41,420 bases of DNA from a virus. Taxonomy: Duplodnaviria > Heunggongvirae > Uroviricota > Caudoviricetes. The position numbers were made by a program, and so were the translations under genes. The notes under the pieces were generated by a model. That model was not told where the DNA came from. It saw only the letters and a list, made by a program, of their open reading frames with translations, and made no database searches. Numbering within the stretch: position 1 is the stretch's first letter; each line of letters begins with the position of its first letter. The stretch spans positions 1 to 41,420 of the IMG/VR virus record IMGVR_UViG_2721755647_000003; one strand, given 5' to 3'. Shown piece after piece: positions 8,675 through 17,326 of the stretch.

Positions 8675-9019
8675 ATGAGAAAACAGATACAGGCTCTTGG
8701 TCGACTCAAAACAGGCCAGATGAACAAAACAGAATCTGCGTATTGCCAGCACCTTGAGCTGCGTAAACGTGCAGGAGAAATCGTCTGGTATCGATTTGAG
8801 GGTATCAAGTTGCGGTTAGCTGACAACACGTTCTATACGCCCGATTTTGCTGTGATGCTCGCCACCGGCGAGATGGAACTGCACGAAGTGAAAGGTTTCT
8901 GGACCGACGACGCCAGGGTGAAAACCAAAGTCGCCGCAGATCAGTATCCGTTCCGAATCATCGGGGTAACGGTTAAACCAAAGAAAGCAGGTGGTGGCTG
9001 GAACATCGAAAAGTTCTGA
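8675..9019 (+). CDS. DUF1064-family phage protein (114 aa)
   Basis: Recognised by resemblance to DUF1064 proteins of lambdoid nin regions. Confidence 0.6.
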   Translation: MRKQIQALGRLKTGQMNKTESAYCQHLELRKRAGEIVWYRFEGIKLRLADNTFYTPDFAVMLATGEMELHEVKGFWTDDARVKTKVAADQYPFRIIGVTVKPKKAGGGWNIEKF

Positions 9020-9080
9020 ATCGACGATCTTTTTAGTTATCAATGTAATCAATAAGTTATGTGGATAAGCGAGGGTAAAG

Positions 9081-9575
9081 ATGGAAAGTAATATCAAAGG
9101 GTTAGTTGCCGCCGGGCATGAGATGGCTTCGGAACTGAAAGCTGAATGTGGTGCCGTTGATATGCGTAGTGTGGCAAAGCTGCTCAGCGATTTGGCAACG
9201 CAACTGGAAGTGCAACTGGTGCGTGCTAATGCGCTGGCAGCGGAGAGTGCGGGGCTGAAGTCTGCGCACCCTCAACCATTCGGACATGAGATGATGAAGG
9301 CTCTTGATGCGTATGAGAAGCATCAGGATGAAGTGCCAGAGACTGGAATGCTCAATGCATTTTTCATCTTGCGCGACAGCATCCGTGTTGACACCCCAGC
9401 CACCGACGCTTTCCTGGCTGAAGTACGGGCGCAGGGCGTGGATATGGCTCGTAACGCGATGATTGATTTTGTTGATGGTGAAGTTGGGCCAAACAAGAAC
9501 GTTCCGGGGCTGATTAGAGGCGCAGAGATATGCGTAAGTATTGCTGCCCAGCTTCGCAAAGGAGGCAACCAGTGA
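9081..9575 (+). CDS. Hypothetical protein (164 aa)
   Basis: ORF with GAGGG RBS; stop overlaps the next start. Confidence 0.6.
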   Translation: MESNIKGLVAAGHEMASELKAECGAVDMRSVAKLLSDLATQLEVQLVRANALAAESAGLKSAHPQPFGHEMMKALDAYEKHQDEVPETGMLNAFFILRDSIRVDTPATDAFLAEVRAQGVDMARNAMIDFVDGEVGPNKNVPGLIRGAEICVSIAAQLRKGGNQ

Positions 9576-10240
9576 GCGAAATTAATTACCAGGCACTGCG
9601 TGAGGCGGCGGAACGTGCAATTCCAGCAATGGAACGCCTGTTAATGTTGCCAGCTGATGATGATTTGTTAAGTGAACAGGAACTTAAAGATTACGGTGTG
9701 GATATTGATGCGCTCAACGCCTTCAAATTTCTGACCGGACCAGAAACCGTGCTGGCGCTGCTGGATGAACGGGAAAGAAACCAGCAATACATCAAATCAC
9801 GCGACCAGGAGAACGAGGATATTGCGCTAACGGTAGGGAAACTGCGTGTTGAGCTGGAAGGCAAAGACAGCAAAATAGCCAATCTTACCGCCGAACGCGA
9901 TGCTCTTCGTGAAGGTGAGATGGGCGACGCTAGGCATAGCAACACACGGGCCGCAGCTGATATCTACTTCCAACTGGTCGAGGAGTGCGAAATTCCTGCT
10001 GGCGGTTCTCTGGTCGAGTACGTTGACGATATGCGCGAGAAGCTGGAAGCCGCAGAGAAGCGCATTGCTGAGCTGGAGTTGCGGGAGGTTGTGCTTCCGC
10101 AATGCTATAGCATGTTGCATCGCGTCGATTTTGACGAGCCTTACCACACTGAAATGGTTTACAGGCAGCATCAGGTTCTTGAGGCACTGCACAACGCTGG
10201 AATAAACGTCACCGAAGCATGTAAAGGAGAGGCATCATGA
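9572..10240 (+). CDS. Ead/Ea22-like family protein (222 aa, GTG start)
   Basis: Coiled-coil acidic protein resembling Ea22-like prophage proteins; GTG at 9572 with AGGAGG upstream, overlapping previous stop. Confidence 0.6.
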   Translation: MSEINYQALREAAERAIPAMERLLMLPADDDLLSEQELKDYGVDIDALNAFKFLTGPETVLALLDERERNQQYIKSRDQENEDIALTVGKLRVELEGKDSKIANLTAERDALREGEMGDARHSNTRAAADIYFQLVEECEIPAGGSLVEYVDDMREKLEAAEKRIAELELREVVLPQCYSMLHRVDFDEPYHTEMVYRQHQVLEALHNAGINVTEACKGEAS

Positions 10241-10650
10241 GCACTATCACAAGAGAATGGCTGCAGCAGGCTATCAACGATTATGAAAGCGTTCGTGATG
10301 AGCTTCCTTTCGGGCTTGATGATCACCAGGGGAATATCCTGGCTGCCCTGCGTATTGCACTGGCATCGCTGGAAGCAGAACCGATAGCGTGGGAATGCGG
10401 TGAAAACATAATCCTGTTTAATCCTGACACAGTTGAAGCATACGCAAAACGTGCGGAGATATCACCTAAACCACTATTCGCCGCCCCACCTGTGCTGGTA
10501 GTGCCTGAAGGGCTTGTTAAAGCGGTACGCTTTTATGAACAGGTAAAGTGTGAGAATCCGCCAGCCGAAACCGGAGCATGGAAAGACGCTGTTGACTGGG
10601 TACTCGAAGAAGCTTGCCAGGCTGTAAACATTGGCATCAAAGGAGGGTGA
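10237..10650 (+). CDS. Hypothetical protein (137 aa)
   Basis: ORF with GGAGAGG RBS, coupled to flanking genes. Confidence 0.6.
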   Translation: MSTITREWLQQAINDYESVRDELPFGLDDHQGNILAALRIALASLEAEPIAWECGENIILFNPDTVEAYAKRAEISPKPLFAAPPVLVVPEGLVKAVRFYEQVKCENPPAETGAWKDAVDWVLEEACQAVNIGIKGG

Positions 10651-10651
10651 T

Positions 10652-10939
10652 ATGGCAACTTTGCAGGAATTAATCGACCTGACGCCAGAACAGGAAAAAG
10701 CGTGGAATCGCCTTGTGAAGGCTGTAAAGGATTTCAGGGCAGCCGGAGGAAAGTTTTATAGCGTCCTGGACACGCTGAGCGCATACAACGGCGAGCACGT
10801 TGCCAGCATTGATAACGATAAGGGCTACCACACTGCAAGCGTCTATATGCCTAGCATTGATGCGCCAGGGCTAACCAGTTGGGCTGATGATTGGCACGGC
10901 ATCACGCTGAAAGATGGCGTTGAAGTGGATGAGGACTAA
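10652..10939 (+). CDS. Hypothetical protein (95 aa)
   Basis: ATG at 10652 after AGGAGGG; upstream part of the track ORF overlaps the previous gene. Confidence 0.6.
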   Translation: MATLQELIDLTPEQEKAWNRLVKAVKDFRAAGGKFYSVLDTLSAYNGEHVASIDNDKGYHTASVYMPSIDAPGLTSWADDWHGITLKDGVEVDED

Positions 10940-10942
10940 CAC

Positions 10943-11584
10943 ATGACTACTTTTACCGACAAAGAACTGATTAAAGAAATCAAAGAGCGCATAGGCAGCC
11001 TGGACGTTCGAGACAATATTGAGCGCCGGTCGTATGAAATTGCACTGGCATCGCTGGAACGCGAACAGATTCGCCACGAGCATGCCAAATGGTCTGACTC
11101 CACATTTGGCTGCGTTGGCCCCATTGGTCCACTGAAACACCTCTCAAAAGAGGCACTGGAAGCCGCAGCCGAACCAGACGATCTCAGCGAGTGGGCTGAT
11201 ATGCAGTTCCTGTTGTGGGATGCACAGCGCCGTGCTGGTATCAGTGATGCTGAAATTACCGCTGCTATGGAAAATAAATTGAAGATCAACATGGAACGCC
11301 AGTGGCCTGAACCAAAAGATGGTGAGCCTCGCTTGCACATTAAAGAACCCGGCAACTCTCCGGTAATTCCGGATGGTTGGATAAGCTGTAGTGATCGAAT
11401 GCCGGAAGACACCAAAATGTTACTGGCATTTAGTCAAGGTGAAATCGTGGCCGCATATTGGAACTGGGTTGTAAATCCAATTGATTACAAAAAATATAGA
11501 GCTTTCACGTATTTATCAGGAAATATCTTGGATGACGTAACTCACTGGATGCCGCTACCAGAACCGCCGCAGGAGGTGAAGTGA
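10943..11584 (+). CDS. MazG-like nucleotide pyrophosphohydrolase domain fused to a C-terminal DUF551 domain (213 aa)
   Basis: Central EHAKWSDSTFG...DAEITAAMENKL region MazG-like; C-terminal WISCSDRMPEDT...HWMPLPEPP DUF551-like. Confidence 0.55.
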   Translation: MTTFTDKELIKEIKERIGSLDVRDNIERRSYEIALASLEREQIRHEHAKWSDSTFGCVGPIGPLKHLSKEALEAAAEPDDLSEWADMQFLLWDAQRRAGISDAEITAAMENKLKINMERQWPEPKDGEPRLHIKEPGNSPVIPDGWISCSDRMPEDTKMLLAFSQGEIVAAYWNWVVNPIDYKKYRAFTYLSGNILDDVTHWMPLPEPPQEVK

Positions 11585-11706
11585 TGAACAAGTGCAACGC
11601 TCTGCTTTATGCCATGGTGATTGGTTTCGGCCTGGCTGCTGGTATCCGGGTTTATATTACCTGGGAGTCATTAATCAATCTGGCGTGGAGTGCGATTCGT
11701 GGCTAA
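11584..11706 (+). CDS. Possible small membrane peptide (40 aa), not in the ORF track
   Basis: ATG overlaps the upstream stop (TGATG); single hydrophobic helix LLYAMVIGFGLAAGIRVYI; hand-translated. Confidence 0.3.
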   Translation: MNKCNALLYAMVIGFGLAAGIRVYITWESLINLAWSAIRG

Positions 11707-12037
11707 ATCCCCCGCAGAACGCAAAGCCGCGCAGCGCGCTCGGCAGTCCGCCGCCGGTGAGCGCAAAATTGAACTGGTGCTGGATAAGCAGGAGCAGGAA
11801 ATGCTGGAGCGTAACTGTGCCACGCGTCGCCCCGGGCGTGCGCCTTACGAATTTGGGGAGTATATAGCGTTACTGATCCGCCAGGATGATGCACGCGTGC
11901 GCGGGCGTATAAAATCGATTAGCAGAAAACGTTGCGGTAAGTGCGGCGAGAAAGTTCCCGTTAATTCATGCCCGTGTAATGGTGACTCGCAATGCTGGGT
12001 GACTAAAGGCTGGCATGAAACTAAATTAATAGTGTGA
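11699..12037 (+). CDS. Cys-rich small protein in the Q (late regulator) position (about 112 aa; start uncertain, GTG 11699 or 11690)
   Basis: C-terminal CGKCGEKVPVNSCPCNGDSQCW zinc-finger-like cluster; last gene before a terminator and the terminase genes. Confidence 0.5.
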   Translation: MAKSPAERKAAQRARQSAAGERKIELVLDKQEQEMLERNCATRRPGRAPYEFGEYIALLIRQDDARVRGRIKSISRKRCGKCGEKVPVNSCPCNGDSQCWVTKGWHETKLIV

Positions 12038-12045
12038 CATGTCAC
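12034..12045. repeat. Perfect 12-bp palindrome GTGACATGTCAC (copy 1), contains the stop codon of the preceding gene
   Basis: Exact sequence read from window; TGA at 12035-12037 lies inside it. Confidence 0.9.
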
Positions 12046-12086
12046 GAGTAGATTATGCATGATGAATTTGATGGGTTTTGAATACT

Positions 12087-12112
12087 GCCGCCAACTATGG
12101 CGGCTTTATTTT
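12087..12112 (+). terminator. Intrinsic terminator between the Q-position gene and the terminase (tR'-like)
   Basis: GCCGCC-AACTAT-GGCGGC followed by TTTATTTT. Confidence 0.6.
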
Positions 12113-12155
12113 GCATGGTACTATTACCACAACGGTAACAATTACCAGGGTGGTT

Positions 12156-12788
12156 ATGATGCCTGCTGAACCTAAAACCTATAAACGCAAATCAACGCAA
12201 TTTAAGCCACTAACCGCAATGCAGGAGGCTTATTGCCAGTCATACATCAAAACGCCTGAAAACCAGACTCAGGCAGCGATTAACGCAGGATTCTCCCCAA
12301 ATACAGCGGCAGTTAAAGCCAGTGTCATGATGCGCGATGAACGCATTCAAAAACGGATTGCCGAGTTGATGGAGGAGCGCAACAAACGAATGCGCGTCAG
12401 TGCCGATTACGTTCTCATGCGCCTGGTGGAGATCGACCAGATGGACGTGCTGGATATACTGAACGATGACGGCGGGATGAAGCCGATCGCTGAATGGCCG
12501 AAGGTCTGGCGTACCTCTCTCAGTGCTATGGATATCGCTACCATCAAGACAACCCAGGCTTCCCTGCAAAAAGAGAATGGCGAGGCGGATCTCTCTGTTG
12601 AGGATGTCGAGCATATCCTGAAGAAGGTGAAATGGCCCGACAAGGTGAAAAACCTCGAGCTCATCGGTAAGCACGTCGACGTTAACGCGTTCAAAGAACG
12701 TCTGGATGTTAATGTGAATGTGACAATTGCTGATCGCATAGCAGCAGCCAGGAAGCGACTCAAAGAACGTCAGGATGGTAATCAGTGA
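12156..12788 (+). CDS. Terminase small subunit, P27-type (210 aa)
   Basis: Resembles P27-family small terminase subunits; ATG at 12156 after AGGGTGG; upstream part of the track ORF overlaps the terminator hairpin; coupled to the large subunit. Confidence 0.75.
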   Translation: MMPAEPKTYKRKSTQFKPLTAMQEAYCQSYIKTPENQTQAAINAGFSPNTAAVKASVMMRDERIQKRIAELMEERNKRMRVSADYVLMRLVEIDQMDVLDILNDDGGMKPIAEWPKVWRTSLSAMDIATIKTTQASLQKENGEADLSVEDVEHILKKVKWPDKVKNLELIGKHVDVNAFKERLDVNVNVTIADRIAAARKRLKERQDGNQ

Positions 12789-14260
12789 CAGATACAGCGT
12801 TATCTCCTGAAGAGCAGTTGATCGAGGATATTGCAGGGTTCACTCACGATCCGCTTGGCTATGCCCTCTATGCGTTCCCGTGGGGGGGAGAGGGGACTGA
12901 ACTGGCACATGCCACCGGCCCACGTCAGTGGCAGGCTGATGCGTTCCGAGAGATACGTGATCACCTGCAGAATCCAGAGACGCGCTATCAGCCGCTTATG
13001 CTGGCACGCGCTTCTGGTCACGGTATTGGTAAATCCGCATTCATCTCAATGCTGATCAACTGGGGCATGTCCACTTGCGAGGATTGTAAGGTCGTGGTGA
13101 CTGCCAACACCGACAACCAGCTACGAACGAAGACCTGGCCGGAAATTATCAAGTGGTCGAACCTTGCTATCACGAAAGACTGGTTTACCTGTACCGCTAC
13201 CGCGATGTACAGCAATGATCCTGGGCACGACAAGCGGTGGCGAGCTGACGCAATCCCCTGGTCTGAGCACAACACTGAGGCATTCGCCGGACTACACAAC
13301 GAGCGCAAACGCATCATCGTGGTATTCGATGAAGCGTCGAACATTGCGGATCTGGTGTGGGAAGTTGCTGAGGGTGCGCTTACGGACGAAGACACTGAGA
13401 TTATCTGGGTGGCGTTCGGAAACCCTACACGTAACACCGGGCGTTTCCGCGAATGTTTCCGCAAATATAAACACCGCTGGAAAACTGCGCAGATTGACAG
13501 CCGGACGGTGGAAGGCACTAACAAACAGCAGTTGCAGAAATGGGTTGATGACTACGGGGAAGACAGCGACTTCGTTAAAATCCGTGTGCGCGGCATATTC
13601 CCTGATGCATCTGAATTGCAGTTTATCCCTACCGGTCTTACTGATGAGGCAATGAAACGGGTGGTAACCGCTGCGCAGGTGGCGCATGCTCCGGTGATAA
13701 TCGGTGTTGACCCGGCATATTCAGGCGTTGATGACGCGGTGATATACCTGCGGCAGGGGCTACACAGTAAGGTGCTGTGGACTGGCAACAAGACTACCGA
13801 CGATCTGATTATGGCGAAGCGTATCGCTGACTTTGAAGACCTGTATCAGGCTGACGCAGTGTTCATCGACTTTGGTTACGGTACCGGTCTGAAGTCAATC
13901 GGTGACGGTTGGGGGCGCACATGGCAACTTGTTCCGTTCGGTGGCGCGTCTACTGACCCGCAGATGCTCAACAAGCGTGGGGAGATGTTCAACTCATGCA
14001 AGACATGGCTGAGGCTGGGCGGGATGCTTGATGACCAGGAAACAGCGGACGACCTGTCGGCGGCAGAGTACAAAGTTCGAGTGGACGGTAAAATCGTTAT
14101 CGAACCGAAGGAAGATATCAAGGAGCGGCTTGGGCGTTCGCCGGGTAAAGGCGATGCGCTATTGCTGACGTTTGCTTTCCCTGTGTCGAAGCGTCTGCGA
14201 ATTCCAGGTCAGCAGAACCAGCAAGGCAAGGCCATTACAGATTACGATCCCTATGCTTAA
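12785..14260 (+). CDS. Terminase large subunit (491 aa, GTG start)
   Basis: Walker A-like ARASGHGIGKS; size and position; GTG overlaps the small-subunit stop (GTGA). Confidence 0.85.
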   Translation: MTDTALSPEEQLIEDIAGFTHDPLGYALYAFPWGGEGTELAHATGPRQWQADAFREIRDHLQNPETRYQPLMLARASGHGIGKSAFISMLINWGMSTCEDCKVVVTANTDNQLRTKTWPEIIKWSNLAITKDWFTCTATAMYSNDPGHDKRWRADAIPWSEHNTEAFAGLHNERKRIIVVFDEASNIADLVWEVAEGALTDEDTEIIWVAFGNPTRNTGRFRECFRKYKHRWKTAQIDSRTVEGTNKQQLQKWVDDYGEDSDFVKIRVRGIFPDASELQFIPTGLTDEAMKRVVTAAQVAHAPVIIGVDPAYSGVDDAVIYLRQGLHSKVLWTGNKTTDDLIMAKRIADFEDLYQADAVFIDFGYGTGLKSIGDGWGRTWQLVPFGGASTDPQMLNKRGEMFNSCKTWLRLGGMLDDQETADDLSAAEYKVRVDGKIVIEPKEDIKERLGRSPGKGDALLLTFAFPVSKRLRIPGQQNQQGKAITDYDPYA

Positions 14261-14310
14261 TCCGCTGGTGGGGATAATGTCGTTGATATCCTCTGGTGAG
14301 GATAAAACAA

Positions 14311-14330
14311 AGCCAGCTCATAGGCTGGCT
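14311..14330. terminator. Hairpin between convergent terminase and Gp49-like genes (acts as terminator at least on the minus strand)
   Basis: AGCCAGC-TCATAG-GCTGGCT; the minus strand continues into TTTGTTTTAT. Confidence 0.5.
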
Positions 14331-14334
14331 GTTT

Positions 14335-14346
14335 GTGACATGTCAC
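14335..14346. repeat. Perfect 12-bp palindrome GTGACATGTCAC (copy 2)
   Basis: Exact sequence; 4 nt after the stop of the minus-strand gene and directly before the hairpin. Confidence 0.9.
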
Positions 14347-14350
14347 GGTG

Positions 14351-14722
14351 TTATTGCTCGCTTAACTTCTGCTTCAGCAAGTAACCTTCAAGCATCCAGA
14401 TTTTGTTTACAGCATTCTGCCTGGCAATCTTCCGACCAATTTCTGCATCAAAGTTTTCCGGGCTTGCACATGCGCTCTCTCCGGTGACGGTGAAGCCGTT
14501 GCGCAGCACCAGGACGCAGAACGTCAGCAGAGAAAGTGATTCGTGCGGCTGGTAGTTTACCTCTCCGCCAGTATGTTTCGCTTTTATGGCTTTGCCAAAG
14601 GCACCATCTTCTGCTGTGAAATATGCCCCCTGAGCAATAATGCCTTCGATATGGTCTGGCGTAACGCGCGGTGCCGTTTTGCCTTTCTCAACGATTTCTT
14701 TTTCGATTTGCTTGTCGTTCAT
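14351..14722 (-). CDS. Gp49-like phage protein (N4 Gp49 / Sf6 gp66 family; 123 aa)
   Basis: Family call by resemblance only (not searched); AAGGTGAG RBS directly follows the T-run of an upstream terminator. Confidence 0.6.
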   Translation of the reverse strand: MNDKQIEKEIVEKGKTAPRVTPDHIEGIIAQGAYFTAEDGAFGKAIKAKHTGGEVNYQPHESLSLLTFCVLVLRNGFTVTGESACASPENFDAEIGRKIARQNAVNKIWMLEGYLLKQKLSEQ

Positions 14723-14732
14723 AATCTCACCT

Positions 14733-14758
14733 TAAAAAAAATGCCCGGCGAACCGGGC
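14733..14758 (-). terminator. Intrinsic terminator between the tRNA and the Gp49-like gene
   Basis: Minus strand reads GCCCGG-TTCG-CCGGGC followed by ATTTTTTTT. Confidence 0.55.
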
Positions 14759-14921
14759 GAACTGGAAGCAATGAGTTATGCCTTCCGTGGCTGTACGGGT
14801 TTACAGCATGAAGTCATCGCAATGGCGTCCTGCTGTAAAAAGGGCGGTGATAGTCCTTCAAGGGAAACCATCACCGCCAAGCCCCTGGAACTTCTGGCAT
14901 CACGGTCCTTAGGCGTGATTC

Positions 14922-14998
14922 TGGCGTGGCATGCAGGATTCGAACCTGCGACCAACCGCTTAGAAGGCGGTTGCTCTGTCCGACTGAGCTAATGCCAC
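14922..14998 (-). tRNA. tRNA-Arg, anticodon UCU (77 nt, CCA encoded)
   Basis: Cloverleaf folded by hand: acceptor GTGGCAT/ATGCCAC, D-stem GCTC/GAGC, anticodon stem ACCGC/GCGGT with loop CTTCTAA, T-stem GCAGG/CCTGC, T-loop TTCGAAT, discriminator G, CCA. Confidence 0.85.
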
Positions 14999-15320
14999 AA
15001 CGCTGAGAGCACTTAGCCTGTTAAGGCGCCACACTTTGTCGCGGCTCCATAAATGCTCTCATCGTTGTACCCTCGTCTCTTCCGAGGCGTCACACCGAAT
15101 CGCCGGGATGGTGAATCCCCGTGCGCGGAATAAAACCGCTCGACTTGCACATTCCGGCTACCTGGTTCGTTTGCCCGAGCAAGGGAGGGTGCCCCTTAAA
15201 CGTATCCAGACCGCTATCGGCGCATGTGCCATACGCCGTACTGCTCAAAATAAAAGCTCACTCCACCTGTTTAATTTAACGACAAGCCAGTCAGGTTAGT
15301 AACCAGAATGAGCTCTTTAG

Positions 15321-15335
15321 TTACCTGAAAGGTAA
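15321..15335. promoter_or_regulatory. Perfect palindrome TTACC-TGAAA-GGTAA upstream of the morphogenesis operon
   Basis: Exact sequence; AT-rich region about 90 bp before the first structural-block ATG. Confidence 0.55.
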
Positions 15336-15425
15336 TAATTAACGCGTTAAATGTCAACCTTCTACGATAAATAAATCATATGTGGTTAAATTGGTAATAA
15401 TTTAATTGCGTACGGAGTCATTGAT

Positions 15426-15632
15426 ATGTGCATGGGTAGCTCACCATCAGTGCCTGCAACACCAGAAGTTCAGGCAGCACCACAGGAGCAGGATGCCGCC
15501 GTTGTTGATGCCCGCGACGAAGAAACACGTCGCCGTCGCGCTGCTGCTGGTCGTAGTTCTACGCTGCTTACCGGTTCTCAGGGCGACACATCAACTGCTA
15601 ATACCAGCGGTAAAACGCTGCTTGGTCAGTAA
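15426..15632 (+). CDS. Small hypothetical protein (68 aa) preceding the portal gene
   Basis: GGAG RBS; Ala/Arg-rich low-complexity sequence. Confidence 0.5.
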   Translation: MCMGSSPSVPATPEVQAAPQEQDAAVVDARDEETRRRRAAAGRSSTLLTGSQGDTSTANTSGKTLLGQ

Positions 15633-15646
15633 CCGGAGTCATTGAA

Positions 15647-17326
15647 ATGGCGGAAACAACTAAAGAGCGATTGAACAAACAGTTCGCACAACTTGAAAGC
15701 GAGCGTCAGTCGTTCGAGCCGCACTGGCGCGAGTTGAGTGATTACATCAACCCGCGTGGTTCCCGCTTTCTGACTTCTGAGGTCAACCGTAACGATCGAC
15801 GCAATACACGCATTATTGATTCGACCGGGACTATGGCGGCGCGCACTCTCGCCAGCGGCATGATGTCAGGCATCACAAGCCCTGCGCGTCCGTGGTTTCG
15901 CCTGGCTACGCCAGATCCTGAAATGATGGATTATGGTCCTGTTAAGTTGTGGCTCGAGGCGGTGCAGAACCGCATGAACGATATGTTCAATAAGTCGAAT
16001 CTCTACCAGTCTCTTCCGCAGTTATACGGAAGCCTCGGCACATACAGCACTGGTGCAATGGCGGTGCTGGAGGATGACGAGGACATCATTCGCACAATGC
16101 CATTCCCGATAGGCAGTTACTACCTGGCTAACTCACCTCGTGGCAGTGTGGACACCTGTTTTCGCAAGTTCTCTATGACTGTTCGTCAGCTTGTTCAGGA
16201 GTTCGGGCTAAATAACGTCAGCGAATCCGTAAAAAGCATGTGGGAAAGCGGCACCTACGAGAAGTGGATTGACGTGATGCATTCGGTTTACCCGAACATT
16301 GACCGCGATACATCGAAGCTGGATAGCAAGAACAAGCCATTCAAATCGGTTTATTACGAGGTTGGTGGCGATAACGACAAGTTGTTGCGTGAGTCCGGAT
16401 TTGATGAGTTTCCAATTATGGCTCCGCGCTGGGAAGTTAATGGCGAAGATGTTTATGGATCATCATGCCCGGGTATGCTGGCGCTTGGACCTGTTAAGGC
16501 ATTGCAGCTTCTCCAGAAGCGCAAGTCGCAGTTGATTGATAAAGCCACCAATCCGCCGATGGTTGCTCCGACTTCCCTCAAGAATCAGCGTGCCTCCCTT
16601 CTTCCTGGCGACATCACGTATATCGATCAGATTACTGGTCAGGATGGTTTCAGGCCTGCTTATCTGGTTAACCCCAGTACAGCAGATTTGGTGGCAGACA
16701 TTCAGGACACTCGTCAAATCATTAACAGCGCCTACTTTGTCGATCTGTTCATGATGTTGCAGAACATCAATACCCGCTCGATGCCTGTTGAAGCGGTGAT
16801 CGAAATGAAAGAAGAAAAACTTCTGATGTTGGGGCCGGTTCTGGAGCGTCTGAACGACGAATGTCTTAATCCTCTCATTGACCGCTCTTTCTCGATGATG
16901 GTGCGTAAAAACATGCTGCCGCCACCGCCAGACGTGATGGAAGGTATGCCCCTGAAGGTCGAATACATTTCCGTCATGGCTCAGGCGCAGAAGTCTATCG
17001 GCCTGTCCAGTCTGGCGTCCACGGTTAACTTCATTGGTCAACTTGCGCAAGCGAAACCAGAAGCTCTCGACAAACTCAACGTTGATCAGGCGATCGATGC
17101 ATTCGCTGATATGTCCGGAGTGTCTCCAACCGTCATTGTTCCGCAGGAACAGGTTGAGCAGGCTCGCCAGCAACGGGCACAGCAACAACAGCAGCAACAA
17201 ATGATGGCGATGGGGATGGCGGCGGCACAGGGTGCCAAGACGCTAAGCGAAGCTAAAACTTCGGATCCGAGTGTTTTGTCAGCTATGGCGAATGCAGTTA
17301 GTGGTCAGGGTGGGCAATCACAATGA
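15647..17326 (+). CDS. Portal protein, T7 gp8-like (559 aa)
   Basis: Gln/Met/Ala-rich C-terminal tail (QQQQQQMMAMGMAAAQG) and N-terminal region resemble podoviral gp8-type portals; follows the terminase genes. Confidence 0.8.
   Translation: MAETTKERLNKQFAQLESERQSFEPHWRELSDYINPRGSRFLTSEVNRNDRRNTRIIDSTGTMAARTLASGMMSGITSPARPWFRLATPDPEMMDYGPVKLWLEAVQNRMNDMFNKSNLYQSLPQLYGSLGTYSTGAMAVLEDDEDIIRTMPFPIGSYYLANSPRGSVDTCFRKFSMTVRQLVQEFGLNNVSESVKSMWESGTYEKWIDVMHSVYPNIDRDTSKLDSKNKPFKSVYYEVGGDNDKLLRESGFDEFPIMAPRWEVNGEDVYGSSCPGMLALGPVKALQLLQKRKSQLIDKATNPPMVAPTSLKNQRASLLPGDITYIDQITGQDGFRPAYLVNPSTADLVADIQDTRQIINSAYFVDLFMMLQNINTRSMPVEAVIEMKEEKLLMLGPVLERLNDECLNPLIDRSFSMMVRKNMLPPPPDVMEGMPLKVEYISVMAQAQKSIGLSSLASTVNFIGQLAQAKPEALDKLNVDQAIDAFADMSGVSPTVIVPQEQVEQARQQRAQQQQQQQMMAMGMAAAQGAKTLSEAKTSDPSVLSAMANAVSGQGGQSQ

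Noticed and set aside
12078-12155. Upstream ATG at 12078 as the small-terminase start
   Set aside because: That extension overlaps the terminator hairpin at 12087-12112 and lacks an RBS; ATG at 12156 has AGGGTGG upstream
13018-13524. 168-aa minus-strand ORF inside the large terminase gene
   Set aside because: Shadow ORF antisense to a gene with a Walker A motif and appropriate size
15036-15299. 87-aa plus-strand ORF in the non-coding block next to the tRNA
   Set aside because: No RBS and a Ser/Arg/His-rich low-complexity product; region treated as non-coding or regulatory
15000-15420. A second tRNA beside tRNA-Arg
   Set aside because: Scanned both strands for a T-loop (GTTCRANYC) with a matching acceptor stem; only a simple hairpin (GGGAT-GGTGA-ATCCC) was found, no cloverleaf
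16463-17200. 245-aa minus-strand ORF inside the portal gene
   Set aside because: Antisense shadow ORF within a confidently called coding region; low-complexity translation and no RBS
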